Positions 62,855-64,000 of a stretch of DNA of 64,000 nucleotides are shown piece after piece. Source of the stretch: Squalus acanthias. Lineage: Eukaryota. How positions within the stretch are numbered: the stretch's first letter is position 1; every line of letters starts with the position of its first letter. Location: positions 76,572,001 through 76,636,000 of the forward strand of contig CM059432.1 in assembly GCA_030390025.1 (NCBI GenBank), in the 5' to 3' direction. The translations under genes and the position numbers were made by a program. The notes beneath the pieces were generated by a model. The model saw nothing but the letters and a program-made list of their open reading frames with translations, was not told the DNA's origin and did not search any database.

Positions 62855-63120
62855 TGTGGGAGAATTTGCTGTCCTGTCACTTCTGAAACCTAGATCTAAT
62901 CCAAACTAATAAGGCAAAAGTTCCCCCTTCCTACCACCTGAGGTGTCCTATTTGAAATGAGGCTGAACAGTTTTAGCCTGATTCCTAGTGGGTATGATGC
63001 ACAACACAAAACGTAATTCAGCATGTGATGGCACTAAATCTCACTCAGGGAGATAATAGAAATGAGTGGTGTGAAAAGTGGAAAAATTGACACCAATATA
63101 AGAGTACCTTTTTGGGGTTA
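62855..63120 (+). mobile_element. LF-SINE-like relic
   Basis: cctatttgaaatgag...ttcctagtgg...cacaacacaaaac...tggcactaa follows the recalled LF-SINE core in order. Confidence 0.45.
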
Positions 63121-64000
63121 GTACTGAAGTGCGGGTAAATGTTCTGGTCCCAGTGCTAATGTGGCAGGATCCTTGCCAACACTGCACCGAGCCAACCTAA
63201 TTAGCCATGCCTGGCAAGCTTCCAGTTTTGATTGGTCCTAAAACTGGATGGGAATTGTGCAAATCATCAAAAGGCTGCAGGCAATATTTAAAGGGATGCT
63301 GCCTCAATAACCATGTGGCTGCCATTTATGACCCATGTACTTTAGAGAATATAACCGTGCAGTGACATTTGGCAGTCATGTCACGCTAATGTTGCTATTC
63401 AGGGAAAAAGTAAATGAAAGTGCTTGCCATGCTGACTGATGCTTGATACATGTATAAACAGCACATTGGCTGTTACTGCAGCTAATCTCTATGCTAGCCT
63501 GGAAGTGTTAGAAATCAGGGGTGTCCAAAATGTATATGGTTATGCGTTTACATGATTGTATTAGAACTGCAGACTAGTATTAGAATGATTAGATAGATGC
63601 TTAGAATCTGCTTGTGTTTTGGTTCTCTGCGGATGTTATAGCATTCTGCAGTGTGATGGTCATATATAATCTTGCTGTGTCTTAACTCCCTGGTCCCTAT
63701 CCTCCCTGGTACAATTGGTACTAGGCTTGGCTTTGTCCCCTTTCAATTATGAGGCCCAAGCCAGAGCTGTCCCACTTCAGTTGGTCATTAACTCACTTTC
63801 ATATAACAAACTGCTCCATCCTGAGATGGATACCTTTACTCCCCTAAATTCCTTTTATTCTATGTCTTTCTATACTAATTAACTTTTAATTATCTTCACA
63901 AGCAGTTTTGTTAAGCTAACTCCAATTCCTACCTTAGCATTATATCATGGTTATTAGCAATAATAGAAGAAACATAGACATTGAGCCATAGTTGGTCCAA

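Overview
Eukaryotic, transposon-saturated, apparently intergenic or intronic DNA. The repeat families resemble those of cartilaginous fish (inference). No host protein-coding gene can be called with confidence. The window holds six to seven PIF/Harbinger-type elements or relics, built from a HARBI1-like DDE transposase facing a 3-exon Myb/SANT-like gene. One (40348-43429) keeps TIRs, an AAA TSD and both reading frames open. There are also many Harbinger-type MITEs, CR1-type LINEs, a second EN-RT LINE family, L2 and RTE relics, and tRNA-derived SINEs. Five things stand out. (1) A very young Penelope-like (GIY-YIG) insertion forms a 798-bp near-perfect inverted repeat with a 17-bp TSD and a minimal hammerhead ribozyme in each arm. 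(2) A ~6.6-kb G-rich 30-bp minisatellite with higher-order structure lies between Harbinger-type termini. (3) In one Harbinger the two convergent genes now overlap after an internal deletion. (4) There is a four-level nest, RTE>CR1>MITE>CR1. (5) Harbinger insertions share a Y-NNN-R target signature. Family names come from motif recognition and memory, not from database searches.
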